Part shown: piece after piece, positions 12,125 through 24,575 of the stretch
How positions within the stretch are numbered: position 1 is the stretch's first letter
Layout: every line of letters begins with the position of its first letter
Source of the DNA: Octopus sinensis
Lineage: Eukaryota
DNA length: 64,000 nucleotides
Direction: 5' to 3'
Assembly (NCBI RefSeq): GCF_006345805.1
Contig: NC_043002.1
Location: 110,484,001 to 110,548,000 of the forward strand
Notes under the pieces: model-generated
Seen by the model: the letters and a program-made list of their open reading frames with translations, nothing else
Databases searched by the model: none
Told to the model about the DNA's origin: nothing
Made by a program: the position numbers and the translations under genes

Positions 12125-13392
12125 CAGGGGTTGGACAAAATAATGGAAACACCTTAAATTTCAAATAAATTTATTCTAATATGGGGTAGGACTGCCTTTG
12201 GGAGTAATTACAGCTTGAATTCTACAAAGTATGGACTTGTACTAAGTTTGAATTGTTTCCAAAGGAACATTTGTCTATTCTTCAGCTAAAACAGTCTGTA
12301 GTTCTTGTAGTGTTGATGGTAGAGGATATTGACTCCTTGTTTTTCTAAAATGCACCATAAATGTTCAATAATATTGAGATCTGGGGACTGTGGCGACCAG
12401 ATAAGATGTTCAACTTCACTAGAATGTTCCTCATGCCATTCAGTAACAAATTTAGTTGTGTGAATTGGGGCATTATCATCCTGAAAAATTGCATTTCCTT
12501 CTGGAAACAGTTCCACAGCCATAGGATGAATTTGATCAGATAAAATCCTTAAATAGTTCTGACTATTAATTCTACCATGAAGGGAAACCACTGGGCCAGT
12601 GAATTTCCAAGATATAGCCCCCTAGATCATCACAGATCCACCTCCATGTTTAACAGTTGGAAGAAGGCAGTCTGGGTCAAATGCTTCTTTTGGCTGTCTC
12701 TACACATATATTTGGCTGGTGGTTGGAAATAAGGTAAAGGATAACTCATCCGAGAATATAACATTCTTCCACTACTCTAGAGACCAATTCTGTAGGTTTT
12801 TACTCCACTCTAAATAATTTGCAACGTTTGTTTTTGAAAGTAGTGGTTTTCTGGTTGCAGCCCTTCCGTGAAATCCAGCTTTGTGTGGCTCCTGGCAAAC
12901 AGTTTTTGTGGAAACTGGGTTCTCGAGGTGGTCATTAAGCTCTGCAGTAATTTTGGGAGCTGTAATTTTGTGATCCTTTCTCACAATTCGCGTAAGAGTC
13001 TGATGGTCCCTTTCTGAAAGTCTTGGTTTTCTTCCAGAGTTTTGTTTCGATGAGGAGGGTTTTCCCTCTTTCTCAAAGGCTGTCATTACTTTCGAGACAG
13101 TACTTCTTGATACATCAAACATTTCGGCTGTTTACATTATGCTAGCGCCTGCCATATGAGTCCCAACAATTTGACCTCTTTGAAAGTCTGTTAGATCTGT
13201 CATTTTAATGAATTTTAATTACCTTTTTCGGATGATATCTGAAAAGAAACAGCAATTTTAGCGAAACATATTAAGCAACACTAATGATAAATCAAAAAAC
13301 ATAAAAATAAACAAGCTTTTGACATTTTTATAGATATTTCAAAATTATGATGCTATGATGCTAGGTGTTTCCATTATTTTGTCCAACCTCTG
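12125..13392 (-). mobile_element. Full-length Tc1 DNA transposon (1268 bp) with disrupted transposase
   Basis: 29-bp TIRs CAGGGGTTGGACAAAATAATGGAAACACC and TA TSD on both sides. ORF from 13203 (MTDLTDFQRGQIVG) with QDDNAPIH and SPQSPDLNIIEHLW motifs; contains stops. Confidence 0.92.
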
Positions 13393-13429
13393 TAACCTTC
13401 ATGTATATGCTTCATTTATTTTCCAGCAG

Positions 13430-14010
13430 CTGCCATAGCATGATGGAATATTTGCACTCTCAAAGCACCATGCTATAACACCTCAGAGTCATGGACGGAC
13501 AAGGTAACTCATGTTCAATCCCATTTGGAAGTGATGGACACCTGGTGTTTCACCATTTTTGTGCCTTGTCAACAACATGTACCTGCCAAGGTTGAAGGCA
13601 AGTCACCTAGCCAGTTCATGACTTGTAAAAACATGTGCTGGCATGCCTGGAAATTGCATACCTAAGAGAAAATTTACACCTGAAGTAAAAGCAGCTCTAG
13701 TATGATGAATATTATTAACTATTTATATTTAATGTATACACTTTGTGTATTTTCTGCTGGCTGCAATAGTATGATGTAGTATATGCACTCTCAAAATGTT
13801 GGCTGTTAAAACACCTCAGAATCATGGACAGGCGAGGTAATTTACCTTCAATCCCATTTGGGAGTGATGGACACTGGGTCTTCAACCATGGTGGATACAT
13901 GACGTTGACAAGCCACAAAAATGATGAAACACTTGGTGTTCATCATTCCTAATTGAGATTGAAGATGAGTTACCTTGCCTGTCCATGACTCTACGAGAGT
14001 GCTATTACAG
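13430..14010. repeat. Diverged ~130-bp direct repeats (13430-13560, 13760-13900) plus a short inverted copy (13967-13995)
   Basis: CACTCTCAAA...CACCTCAGA.TCATGGAC...TTCAATCCCATTTGG.AGTGATGGACAC occurs twice; GAGTTACCTTGCCTGTCCATGACTC is the inverted match. Confidence 0.7.
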
Positions 14011-14139
14011 CCACCGGAAGCATATACATAAAGTTTTCCTCTTCAATGGAAGCTATGATTCCAGAAGAAATGCTAGCCATTTTGATGGCATGCTAATGAT
14101 TATACCGTCTCACTCCCTTTTAGCTCTTATGGCTTCTGA

Positions 14140-14656
14140 CCTTAACAATGCCCAATTGCAGTACCAGGCAGTGACTCTCATAGCTTCTGATTTTAACTGA
14201 TTCGATGTGTTAACATATGGGCAAATATTCTCCTCAACGCCACAGATTTGCTTGTCAGTTATTTGATTTTAACCAGTTGAGAATATCCTTTAGAGGCTGA
14301 AGATATGTGCATCCCTGATCACAAACGGGAGTAGTGAGGGAGCATGATAGCCATGCGTTGAGAGGGATTTTTGTGGTTTGAATAAATCACCCTTGAAAAC
14401 ATGGGTGTTTTGTTCATCATCCTTAAACAACTTTATGAGCAGGATTGGCAACTCAACTTGAAGAAAATTCTAACTGGGCCCCACCTGCAAGGTCATGCAC
14501 TGTTTATATTGATATGAGATCACCATGTCGTGCACATATGGTTGTGATGCATGTGCCTGGTGTACCCTTATCAGACGGGTAGTCCTGATGGGTATATTGG
14601 GTTTTGTATATTTGAACTTTAGTGTTACTTTGGTGGCATCAGCTGCTCTCTCATTC

Positions 14657-14660
<4 letters not shown>
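14140..14660. repeat. Interspersed repeat family E adjacent to (AAT)n
   Basis: Clearly homologous to 18035-18590; both copies abut (AAT)n arrays. Confidence 0.8.
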
Positions 14661-14697
<37 letters not shown>

Positions 14698-15112
14698 TAA
14701 TAATTATAAATGATGATAATAATAATAATAATAAATGATGATAATAATAATCTTCTCTACTATAGGCACAAGGTCTGAAATTTTGTGGGAGGGGGCTAGT
14801 CGATTACATTAACCCTTGTACTCAACTGGTACTTAATTTATCGACCCCAAAAGGATGAAAGGCAAAGTTGACCTCAGCAGAATTTGAACTCAGAACAGAT
14901 GAAATGGCACAAAGCACTTTACCCAACATGCTAATGATTCTGCTAATAATAATAACTAGCAGTACCTGTGAAAATTCCATCATAAATTTGAAATTATTTA
15001 ATAGATTGTAAGTTTATGGAGTTATTCTAGTGATTTGTCCCTTGCTTCTCTTTACATTATTGCCTGTAGTGTCTCATTCTTTCTCTTGCTAACTTACATT
15101 GTCTGTCATTCA

Positions 15113-15511
15113 TCTTTATATATAAAAGTGAGGTTGTGTGCTGTCTGTCTCCTACGATTTAGATTCCTAACTACTCTCACATTTTGCGGTGCAGTTTAAC
15201 CAAAACCGGGTATCTTATAGTCGTGATTCATATCGAGCCCTTCTGGGTATTAGCGCACGTCTACGATGAGTCTACGATTTAAAAAAAAAATGACCATCAA
15301 TTTTTCCCATTTTTAATGCATTTTTGGCATATATAAGGGAAGTGACTCTCTAAAAATTTATTATTAAATCTCAGAACGTAAAAAGCTACAGTAACAGCCC
15401 CCCCCTTTTGTGGTTAGCCATATTGAGATGGCTATTATACTTTACATCTCTAAAAATGCTTATATATTTATTTCCCTTACAAACCCGAGCAACGCCGGGC
15501 GATACTGCTAG
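15113..15511 (+). mobile_element. Non-autonomous Helitron
   Basis: 5' A|TC, 3' hairpin CCCGAGCAACGCCGGG then CTAG|T. Homologous to 42068-42450 and to the ends of 37522-38365. Confidence 0.88.
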
Positions 15512-16296
15512 TATTGTATAAACAAATAATAATTTTCAAGTGAGCAGATTATAAATAATTGCATTTACGTGCAAGCATTAAATAATAGGCAATATAAACA
15601 ATTTAGTTCAGTTAAAATAGAAAAAAAACTACACTTCTGACAATCCACTCACCACCACCACCACTACCTTCATCACCATCATCATCATCATCATCATCAT
15701 CACCACCATAATTATAGTTTTCACTAATGAAACTCAGTCTAAGTTGTTTGCTAACCAGGATTATTTGATTTCACTCCAGTTCACTTTTTTGGTTATATCT
15801 ACTTTTCTTGCAGTCAATATAAAGTTCGATTAACAAGTTTCTTTTTTAAAAATAACATTCATGGCTAGTTATTGCACTTAGGTCGAAGAATTTATCTTTC
15901 TATGACAAGTTTGTTATTGTTATTCCTTCTTCTGTCGACCCATCAATGTATTTGTCAATGTGGATAGATAAATAGATTGACAGACAGAAGATACAAAAAA
16001 TTGAATATTAAAATGTTTTCTTGTTACTTACAATAATATATGATGTTCAAAATTTCCCTCTGCTAAACACTTCATCTCTCTCTCTCTCCTCGCACTCTCC
16101 CTCCCACTCTCCACCTCTCTCTCTTCCCCATTCTCCTTTCCCCCCTCTCTCTATCTGCTTCTTACTTCAACAAACTTTTTGACTGTCATTCCCCTCTTCA
16201 CATCATTATCATTTCTCTCTTTCTTTCTCTTCATCTCTCACTTCCACTAACCACATGACAGCTTAAAGCATTGGTTAGCAATAACGCCATTACTCA

Positions 16297-16712
16297 AAGG
16301 CGGCGAGCTGGCAGAATTGTTAGCATGCCAGGCAAAATGCTTAGCGGTATTTCGTCTGCGTTACATTGTGAGTTCAAATTCCGCCGAGGTCGACTTTGCC
16401 TTTCATCCTTTCGGGGTCGATAAATTAAGTACCAGTTACGCACTGGGGTCGATGTAATCGACTTAATACCTATGTCTGTCCTTGTTTGTCCCCTCTGTGT
16501 TTAGCCCCTTATGGATAATAAAGAAATAGGTATTTTGTCTGCCACTATGTTCTGAGTTCAAATTCTGCCAAGGTCGACTTTGCCTTTCATCCTTTCGGGG
16601 TCGATTAAATAAGTACTAGTTACGCAGTGGGATTGATGTAATCGACTTAATCCCTTTGTCTGTCCTTGTTTGTCCCCTCTATGTTTAGCCCCTTGTGGGC
16701 AATAAAGAATTG
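16297..16712 (+). mobile_element. Dimeric CORE-SINE (full monomer + 5'-truncated monomer) inside one 17-bp TSD
   Basis: TSD AATAACGCCATTACTCA at 16280-16296 and 16713-16729; two CORE bodies in tandem. Confidence 0.85.
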
Positions 16713-17040
16713 AATAACGCCATTACTCATTCTCTCCTCTCCCTTTCTCTCTCTCACTCACTCCATTCTCTCCTCCCCACCTCTCTTTCTCAATGTCTTT
16801 CTTTAACCTCACCACCAGAACATCACCCCACTGCTAAACATTGTATTTCTAACTCTCTTCCTCTATATCAATCACACCCTTCAACTAACTTTTTAACCAT
16901 GTTATAAATATTACGATTCGTCTGCCTCACATCATGAACACTTCTCTCCCACTTTTTCTGTCTCTCTCTTTTTCTTTTTTCCTTTCTTTCTTCCTAAGCA
17001 TTTTGCTTGGTGTGTTTATGATTCTGCCAGCTTGCTGCCT

Positions 17041-17092
<52 letters not shown>

Positions 17093-17099
17093 TAATAAT

Positions 17100-17545
17100 A
17101 ATGATGATTTCAAATTGTGACATAAGTTCAGGGAAGTGAGCAAGTCAATTACATCGACCCCAGTATCTGGCTGGTACTCTTTTTATCAACCTCAAAAGGA
17201 TGAAAGGCAAAGTTGACCTTGATGGAATTTGAACTCAGAATGTAAGGATGGACAAAATGCCGCTAAGCATTTCACCCACTGTACTGATGATTCTGCCAGC
17301 TCACCATCTTTAATAATGATGAAAATAATAATAATAATTATAATAATAATAATAATAAGGATTTCAAATTGTGGTACAAGGCCATCAAGTTCAGGGAAGG
17401 GAGCAAGTCGATTACATCAACCCCAGTGTCTGGCTGGTACTCTTTTTATCGACCTCAAGAGGATGAAAGATAAAGTCAGCCTTGGCGGAATTTGATCTCA
17501 GAACATACCAATGGGCAAAATACCACTAAGCATTTTGTCCAGTGA
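17100..17545 (-). mobile_element. Two diverged CORE-SINE copies in tandem
   Basis: TACATCGACCCCAG...GGATGAAAGGCAAAGT motif occurs twice, separated by (AAT)n. Confidence 0.75.
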
Positions 17546-17585
17546 GCTAATAACAATAATAACAACAACAATAATAATAATAATG

Positions 17586-17627
<42 letters not shown>

Positions 17628-17974
17628 GATGTATCAATACCGGCAGATGACAACGTGTCTCTAAAAGAAATGGAGAAACTTTCAAAATACAAAGACCTGG
17701 AAATAGAGGTAACCAGAATGTGGAATCTAAAAACAGAAACAATTCCTATCATAGTAGGTGCATTAGGCCTGATAAAAAAATATTCAGACAAATACATAAC
17801 AAAAACACCAGGACTTACAAACACATATAACATACAGAAAATTGCACTACTAGGCACTGCACACATCCTACGCAGAACACTTTCCATACAATAACCATCA
17901 GAGCATCACAACAAATCACAGCACATACCCAAGGCACACAGAGCTGCGCTCGGTAGTGAAATAAAATAAAACTA

Positions 17975-17980
<6 letters not shown>
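17628..17980 (+). pseudogene. R4/Dong-like non-LTR retrotransposon 3' end (restriction-like endonuclease), embedded in (AAT)n
   Basis: IDVSIPADDNVSLKEMEKLSKYKDLEIEVTRMW...IVGALG...QKIALLGTAHILRRTL is the canonical RLE C-terminus; (AAT)n on both sides. Confidence 0.85.
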
Positions 17981-18034
<54 letters not shown>

Positions 18035-18035
<1 letters not shown>

Positions 18036-18590
18036 GCCCTGATGCAGTACCAGGCAGTGGCTCTCATGGCTTCTGATCTTAACTGATTGGAAGTGTTATC
18101 ATGTACATTGTTTTGTCTTGGTATAAAAGATGGGCTACAGCAAATATTCTGCTCAATACCACAGATTTGCTTGTCAGTTGTTTGACCTTAACCAGTTGAG
18201 CATGTCCCTTAGTGGCTGACGATATGTGCATCTCTGATCACGAGCAAAAGTAGTGGGGGAGCATCATAGCCATGTGTTGAGAGGGATTCTTTGGGGTTTG
18301 AATAGTTCACCTCTGGAAACATGGGTGGTTCTTTCAACATCCTTAAGCAACCCTTATTCAGGGACCGTTTGAGCGGGATGGGCTACTCAACCTGAAGAAA
18401 ATTCTAACTGGGCCCCACCTGCAAGGTCATGTGCTGTTTATCTTGATATGAGATCACCATGTCGCGCACATATGGTTGTGATGCATGTCCCTGGTGTACC
18501 TTTATCAGACGGGTAGTCATGATGGGTATATTGGGCTTCGTATATTTTATCCCAGTGTCACTTTGATGGCATGAACTGCTCTCTCACTCA
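18035..18590. repeat. Interspersed repeat family E, flanked by (AAT)n on both sides
   Basis: Homologous to 14140-14660. The left end forms a stem-loop (TGCCCTGATGCAGTACCAGGCA). Confidence 0.8.
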
Positions 18591-18843
18591 ATAATAATAA
18601 TAATAATAATAATAATAAGCACGCTATAAAAATAAAACTACTGAATAATAATAATAATAACAATAATAAATGTTTCTGCTATAGTCACAAGGTCTGAAAT
18701 TTGATGTGAGGGTAGTTGATTACATCAACCCCAGGATTTGACTGGTACTTATTTTATCAACCCCAAAAGGATGAAAGGCAAAGTTAACCTCCATGGAATT
18801 TGACTTCAGAGCATAAAGACAAAGAAAAATACAGCTTAACATA

Positions 18844-19006
18844 AGCGCAGGAGTGGCTGTGTGGTAAGTAGCTTGCTAACCAGCCACATGGTTCCGGGTT
18901 CAGTCCCACTGCGTGGCATCTTGGGCAAGTGTCTTCTGCTATAGCCCCGGGCTGACCAATGCCTTGTGAGTGGATTTGGTAGACGGAAACTGAAAGAAGC
19001 CTGTCG

Positions 19007-19043
<37 letters not shown>

Positions 19044-19266
19044 TTGTGTGTCTATGTTTGTCCCCCTAGCATTGCTTGACAACCGATGCTGGTGTGTTTA
19101 CGTCCCCATCACTTAGCGGTTCGGCAAAAGAGACCGATAGAATAAGTACTGGGCTTACAAAGAATAAGTCCTGGGTGGGGTCGATTTGCTCGACTAAAGG
19201 CGGTGCTCCAGCATGGTCGCAGTCAAATGACTGAAACAAGTAAAAGAGTAAAAGAGTAAAAGAGAG
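18844..19266 (+). mobile_element. SINE family B copy
   Basis: Same architecture as 2618-3032. Confidence 0.9.
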
Positions 19267-20513
19267 AGTTAACATTTTGTTTGGCATGCTAACAAATTTA
19301 CCAGCTTACTACCTTTATACTACTACTACTACTACTGATGATGATGATGATATAATAACAACAACAACAGCAATTAATAAAGGGGAAAAACACAAGACTC
19401 ATGCATATACCATGGACATAAAAATGGTTTAAGGTAGACTGTACATTTTCAATAGTTTCAATAAACCAATATTTCTGTGAATCCAGTGGAACCTCTTTTA
19501 TTTTTGTTTTTGCTGTCTGCAGATGATTAAATCAAGCATATTGATTGGGAGTTGAATGTTATTCTTTGAGATCAGGTATGAATAGTCAACATCTATTATA
19601 ACTATGGTTATAGGTGATCAATAGTCAAACAGCTGATTTATTCGTGGAAATCATCGCTTCATTTTGCATACTCTCTTATCTTTAGATTTCTTCATTTCAT
19701 TCTATAATGGCAAGCATTCTAAGAAAACTTCTGGTTTGGCTTTTTCCCAAATTCCAGTAAAATGGTTTTTATATAAATTCTATCATGATGGCCTCATAAA
19801 AACTTCCCTTTTGTTTTGTAAATGCACTTTTCTAATTGCTTTTTCTAACATGACACATTAAGTCACATAAAAATTACTACATTTACCAAAGCAAAGACGT
19901 GTTGGTGTAAAAGTTACTCAGCCATTTAGAAGAGTCATGATTAGAATTAAGGCCAGGGTTTCAAGGGTATGTTTTAGGGGAAATTTATTTGTACTTTTAT
20001 ACTACACTCAAATCTGTTTCAGTATCTGTTAAAATGAAATTCTCTCCTTCTTCCTCCTCCTCATCCTCATCTTTCTCCAAGTTGTTGTCATCTTCATTGT
20101 TGTTGTTGTTGTTGACCTCACTTTTGCATTCACTTTTTCCATGTTGGCACAGGTTAGATGATACTTTTTGAGGCAGTGATGTACTGACTGATGCCCTTCC
20201 TGATGTCAACCTTTTCTTATTTTCAAGTAAAGCACTATGTTCCATCTTTTCATATGTGAAATTGCTGAGTTTTAAAGCATATTGTTTTATGTGGCAAATA
20301 AGCAAATATTGCTTACCTAAGCGGTGTCAATGTGAAGATACACGGGAAGACACACATGTGTACACATACACATACATACATTTGTATATGGTGGGCTTCC
20401 TTACAGTTTCTACCTACCTCATTTCACTCATAAAACATTGTTCACTCAAGTCTATCACAGAAGACAACATTTGTATGGTAAGATCGAAGCAAACTTCTTA
20501 AACACATGCCTAC

Positions 20514-20566
<53 letters not shown>

Positions 20567-20570
20567 ATAT

Positions 20571-22400
20571 TAATAAATAAAACATATGCATATATATATA
20601 CATATATGTACATACCTACATCTATATGTATATATACATGCATATATGAGTACAGGACACCAAAAAAACGTCGAACACAATGAGAAACGAAAACATAGAC
20701 ACAAACCCAAGGAACTGGACATTTTTTTAAACAACAAAAAAATAGAGTACAGGACAATTAACACAAAGAAAAAACCCCTTCTTCAGTCGCCAATGTTTCA
20801 TCTACTCTACGTTTCGAAGGTGAAGGCGATATATATATAGGCATATCTGGTAACTTGACTGACGAAAGAAAGCCATTTTTTTTTCCCATCACTCCAATTG
20901 TTGTTTTCCTGTCTGCCTTGTATAGTCTATCTGTCCAGATGTTTTATTGTCCTCTATTGCATTTTTGTTCCATTTTATATATATATATATACATATATAT
21001 AGGTGCAGGTTCAGTCCCATTGCATGACACCTTAGGCAAGTGTCTTCTGCTATAGCCTCAGGTCAACCAAAGCCTTGTGAGTGGATTTGGTAGACAGAAA
21101 CTGAAAGAAGCCTATTGTATATATATATACGGTGACCGGTAAATTCGATTGTGGTAAATTCCACTATGGAAAATTCTACCAGATAAATTTCACCATGGTA
21201 TATTCCACCATGGTAAATTTCACCATACTCTCTTTTTTTCCACTCTCTTTTACTTGTTTCAGTAATTTGACTGTGGCCATGCTGGAGCACCACCTTTAGT
21301 CGAGCAAATCGATCCCAGGACTTATTTTTTGTAAGCTTAGTACTTATTCTATCGGTCTGTTTTGCTGAACTGCTAAGTTATGGGGACGTAAACACACCAC
21401 CATCGGTTGTCAATCAATGTTGGGGGGTACAAACACAGACACACAAACATATACACACACACATGCATATATATATATATATATATTAATAAATAAAACA
21501 TATGCATATATATATACATATATGTACATACCTACATCTATATGTATATATACATGCATATATGAGTACAGGACACCAAAAAAACGTCGAACACAATGAG
21601 AAACGAAAACATAGACACAAACCCAAGGAACTGGACATTTTTTTAAACAACAAAAAAATAGAGTACAGGACAATTAACACAAAGAAAAAACCCCTTCTTC
21701 AGTCGCCAATGTTTCATCTACTCTACGTTTCGAAGGTGAAGGCGATATATATATAGGCATATCTGGTAACTTGACTGACGAAAGAAAGCCATTTTTTTTT
21801 CCCATCACTCCAATTGTTGTTTTCCTGTCTGCCTTGTATAGTCTATCTGTCCAGATGTTTTATTGTCCTCTATTGCATTTTTGTTCCATTTTATATATAT
21901 ATATATACATATATATAGGTGCAGGTTCAGTCCCATTGCATGACACCTTAGGCAAGTGTCTTCTGCTATAGCCTCAGGTCAACCAAAGCCTTGTGAGTGG
22001 ATTTGGTAGACAGAAACTGAAAGAAGCCTATTGTATATATATATACGGTGACCGGTAAATTCGATTGTGGTAAATTCCACTATGGAAAATTCTACCAGAT
22101 AAATTTCACCATGGTATATTCCACCATGGTAAATTTCACCATACTCTCTTTTTTTCCACTCTCTTTTACTTGTTTCAGTAATTTGACTGTGGCCATGCTG
22201 GAGCACCACCTTTAGTCGAGCAAATCGATCCCAGGACTTATTTTTTGTAAGCTTAGTACTTATTCTATCGGTCTGTTTTGCTGAACTGCTAAGTTATGGG
22301 GACGTAAACACACCACCATCGGTTGTCAATCAATGTTGGGGGGTACAAACACAGACACACAAACATATACACACACACATGCATATATATATATATATAT
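20571..22400. repeat. Apparently exact 916-bp tandem duplication bounded by (TA)n
   Basis: Identical ORFs at a 916-bp offset (20570/21486, 20855/21771, 21063/21979). The unit contains a Penelope-like repeat, SINE B halves and 15-bp mini-repeats. Confidence 0.95.
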
Positions 22401-22806
22401 ACTCTTTTACTTGTTTCAGTCATTTGACTGTGGCCATGCTGGAGCACCGCCTTTAGTCGAGCAAATCAACCCCAGGACTTATTCGTTGTAAGCCTAGTAC
22501 TTATTCTATCGGTCTCTTTTGCTGAACCGCTAAGTTACAGGAATGTAAACACACCAACATCGGCTGTCAAGCGATGTTGGAGGGGACAAGCACAGACACT
22601 CAAACACACACACACACACACATGTATATATATATATATATATACAACAGGCTTCTTTCAGTTTCTGTCTATCAAATCCACTCACAAGGCATTGGTCGAC
22701 CCAAAGCTATCGTAGAAGACACTTGCCCAAGGTACCACACAATGGGAATGAACCTGGAACCATGTGGTTGGTAAGCAAGCTACTTACCACACAGCCACTC
22801 CTGTGC
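22401..22806 (-). mobile_element. SINE family B copy
   Basis: Reverse complement of family B. Confidence 0.88.
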
Positions 22807-23029
22807 TTATTTTACCACAGGTAAAATTATCATCATTATCATTATTATTATCATTGCCTTTGCACAGCTTCTAACGCTGGAGATGTATTACAGTGTCAGC
22901 TGTTCGCTATTAATGAACTAAGGTAACATCAGTATTTGAGTGGTTCAAAGCAGTGCTGTTTTCTGCAAGTGCTCTACCCTTATTGCAGCCCCTATTTGTT
23001 CCATGTACTTCTCAAGATTTTTGCTCATT

Positions 23030-23655
23030 ATTATAATTATTTTTTCTTCCTTCTTTCTTTAAATTTTCTTCCGTTTCTCGCCGAGTGTTTTCCGTACACC
23101 TAGGGCAGAGAAGCTCATTGTATGCATTCCCAGATTAGACACGCAAATTCACAGGTAAAATATGTATTCAAAAAAATTAATAAATAAATAAATTTATGAA
23201 TGTATGTTGTTTTCACAGCGACATGAGCCGTTCCAGTTGACACGATTTTTTGCACTTCTTGTAGGGATGGTAAACCTGGTATCATTTTCAAATAGGTTTC
23301 AGTACCTTTTTTTATCATTCCTAGAGATCCTATAATCACTGGTACTGTATTTGCCTTGACATGCCACATTTTTTCAATTTCTATTATCAAGTCTTTATAT
23401 TTACTGATCTTGTCAAATTCTTTCGCCGCTATATTGTGATCGCAAGGAATACTCACGTCAATTAATAAACACACCTTTTTTGTCTGATCTTTTATAATAA
23501 TATCTGGTTTATTAGCTTTTGTAGTTTTGTTGGTATGTACGAGGAAGTCCCATAGAATCAACGCATTTTCTCCCTCAGTCACAGCTTCAGGATCGTGTTT
23601 ATACCATTTGTCAGCAGTTTTGATTTTATAATGCCGACATATTGTCCAGTATAAA
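23030..23655 (-). pseudogene. R4/Dong-like RLE 3' fragment
   Basis: ILWDFLVHTNKTTKANKPDIIIKDQTKKVCLLIDVSIPCDHNIAAKEFDKISKYKDL contains PD..D and K..KY RLE motifs. Confidence 0.85.
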
Positions 23656-23667
23656 TACTGGCCAACT

Positions 23668-23851
23668 GCTATTTAAAAGAAGATTTGAATTTTCAAGCAC
23701 TGAGGTGAGAAAACTAATAAGGAGGATACAGGAGGCAGTTGAAAAGGCCAGCTTCCATATATGGCAGAAACGAGAAGACTCAAAATGGCTCAAAAGCCAT
23801 AATGTGCCAACTGAGAAATAGCATCACCAGGTGAGGCTGACTGACACTTAA
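23668..23851 (+). repeat. 184-bp 3' tip of the Hero/NeSL-like LINE (paralog of 27339-27522)
   Basis: Near-identical to 27339-27522 through CTGACTGACACTTAA. Confidence 0.9.
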
Positions 23852-23854
23852 TGA

Positions 23855-23885
<31 letters not shown>

Positions 23886-23889
23886 TCTT

Positions 23890-24575
23890 TTTTTTTTATA
23901 TTATAAGGGTTACGGTATTATGGAAATAAAAAAGAATGCATAAAAAATAAAATCAATAATGCCAATGATTACCAAAAATACGAGGAGGGAGAAAAAATAT
24001 TTACTGAACAATCACACAAAGAAATACATGGTGAATACTTTAATCACCTGAATGAAGAAGCAGTATCAAAAAGAGACTCATTAAAATTTATAAAACAAAT
24101 ACTCAATGATAGATAAAAATATTATACAGTATTTACAAGACAGAAACAACTACTATGGAAGAAGAAAGGCATGCAGATATTGTAAAAAAACAAAGGAAAT
24201 ATCGAACATATGGCAATACAATGTGGAAAAATAGCACACACGAAATATCAAGGGAGACACGATGAGATAACCAAGATAATCTTTGTGAACCTACTACAGC
24301 AATATAATATACCAAAAAACAGTAAATCAGAAACGAGCAAATAGAAAAGGTAGCAACAAGTGAAAAGGTTAAGATTTTAGTAGATAGCCCAGTAATAACA
24401 CCAAACCATATAGAAAACAATAATCCCAATATTACAATATTTGAACACGAAAGAAAAGAAACAATAATAATCGAAATTGGAATAACTACGACAAAAAAAC
24501 TGAATGAAGTCGAAATGACAAAACTAGAAAGGTATAACAGACTTACTAAAGAAATTAAACAGATGAAAGGATATA
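23890..24575 (+). pseudogene. RLE-type LINE fragment (R4/R2-like), interrupted by an RTE insertion and continuing at 26594
   Basis: PNITIFEHERKETIIIEIGITTTKKLNEVEMTKLERYNRLTKEIKQMKGY continues as KGYKVKIIPFIMT after the RTE. Confidence 0.7.

Noticed and set aside
19997-20305. Acidic ORF (NNNNEDDNNLEKDEDEEEEEG)
   Set aside because: It is built from trinucleotide microsatellites and a repeat fragment, with no supporting splice signals.
20775-20820. CTGAAGA and GAAACGTA motifs on the minus strand (also 21691-21736) suggesting a permuted hammerhead
   Set aside because: The cores are in reversed order, the predicted stem I has several mismatches and stem II relies on G-U pairs. It cannot be supported without a family consensus.
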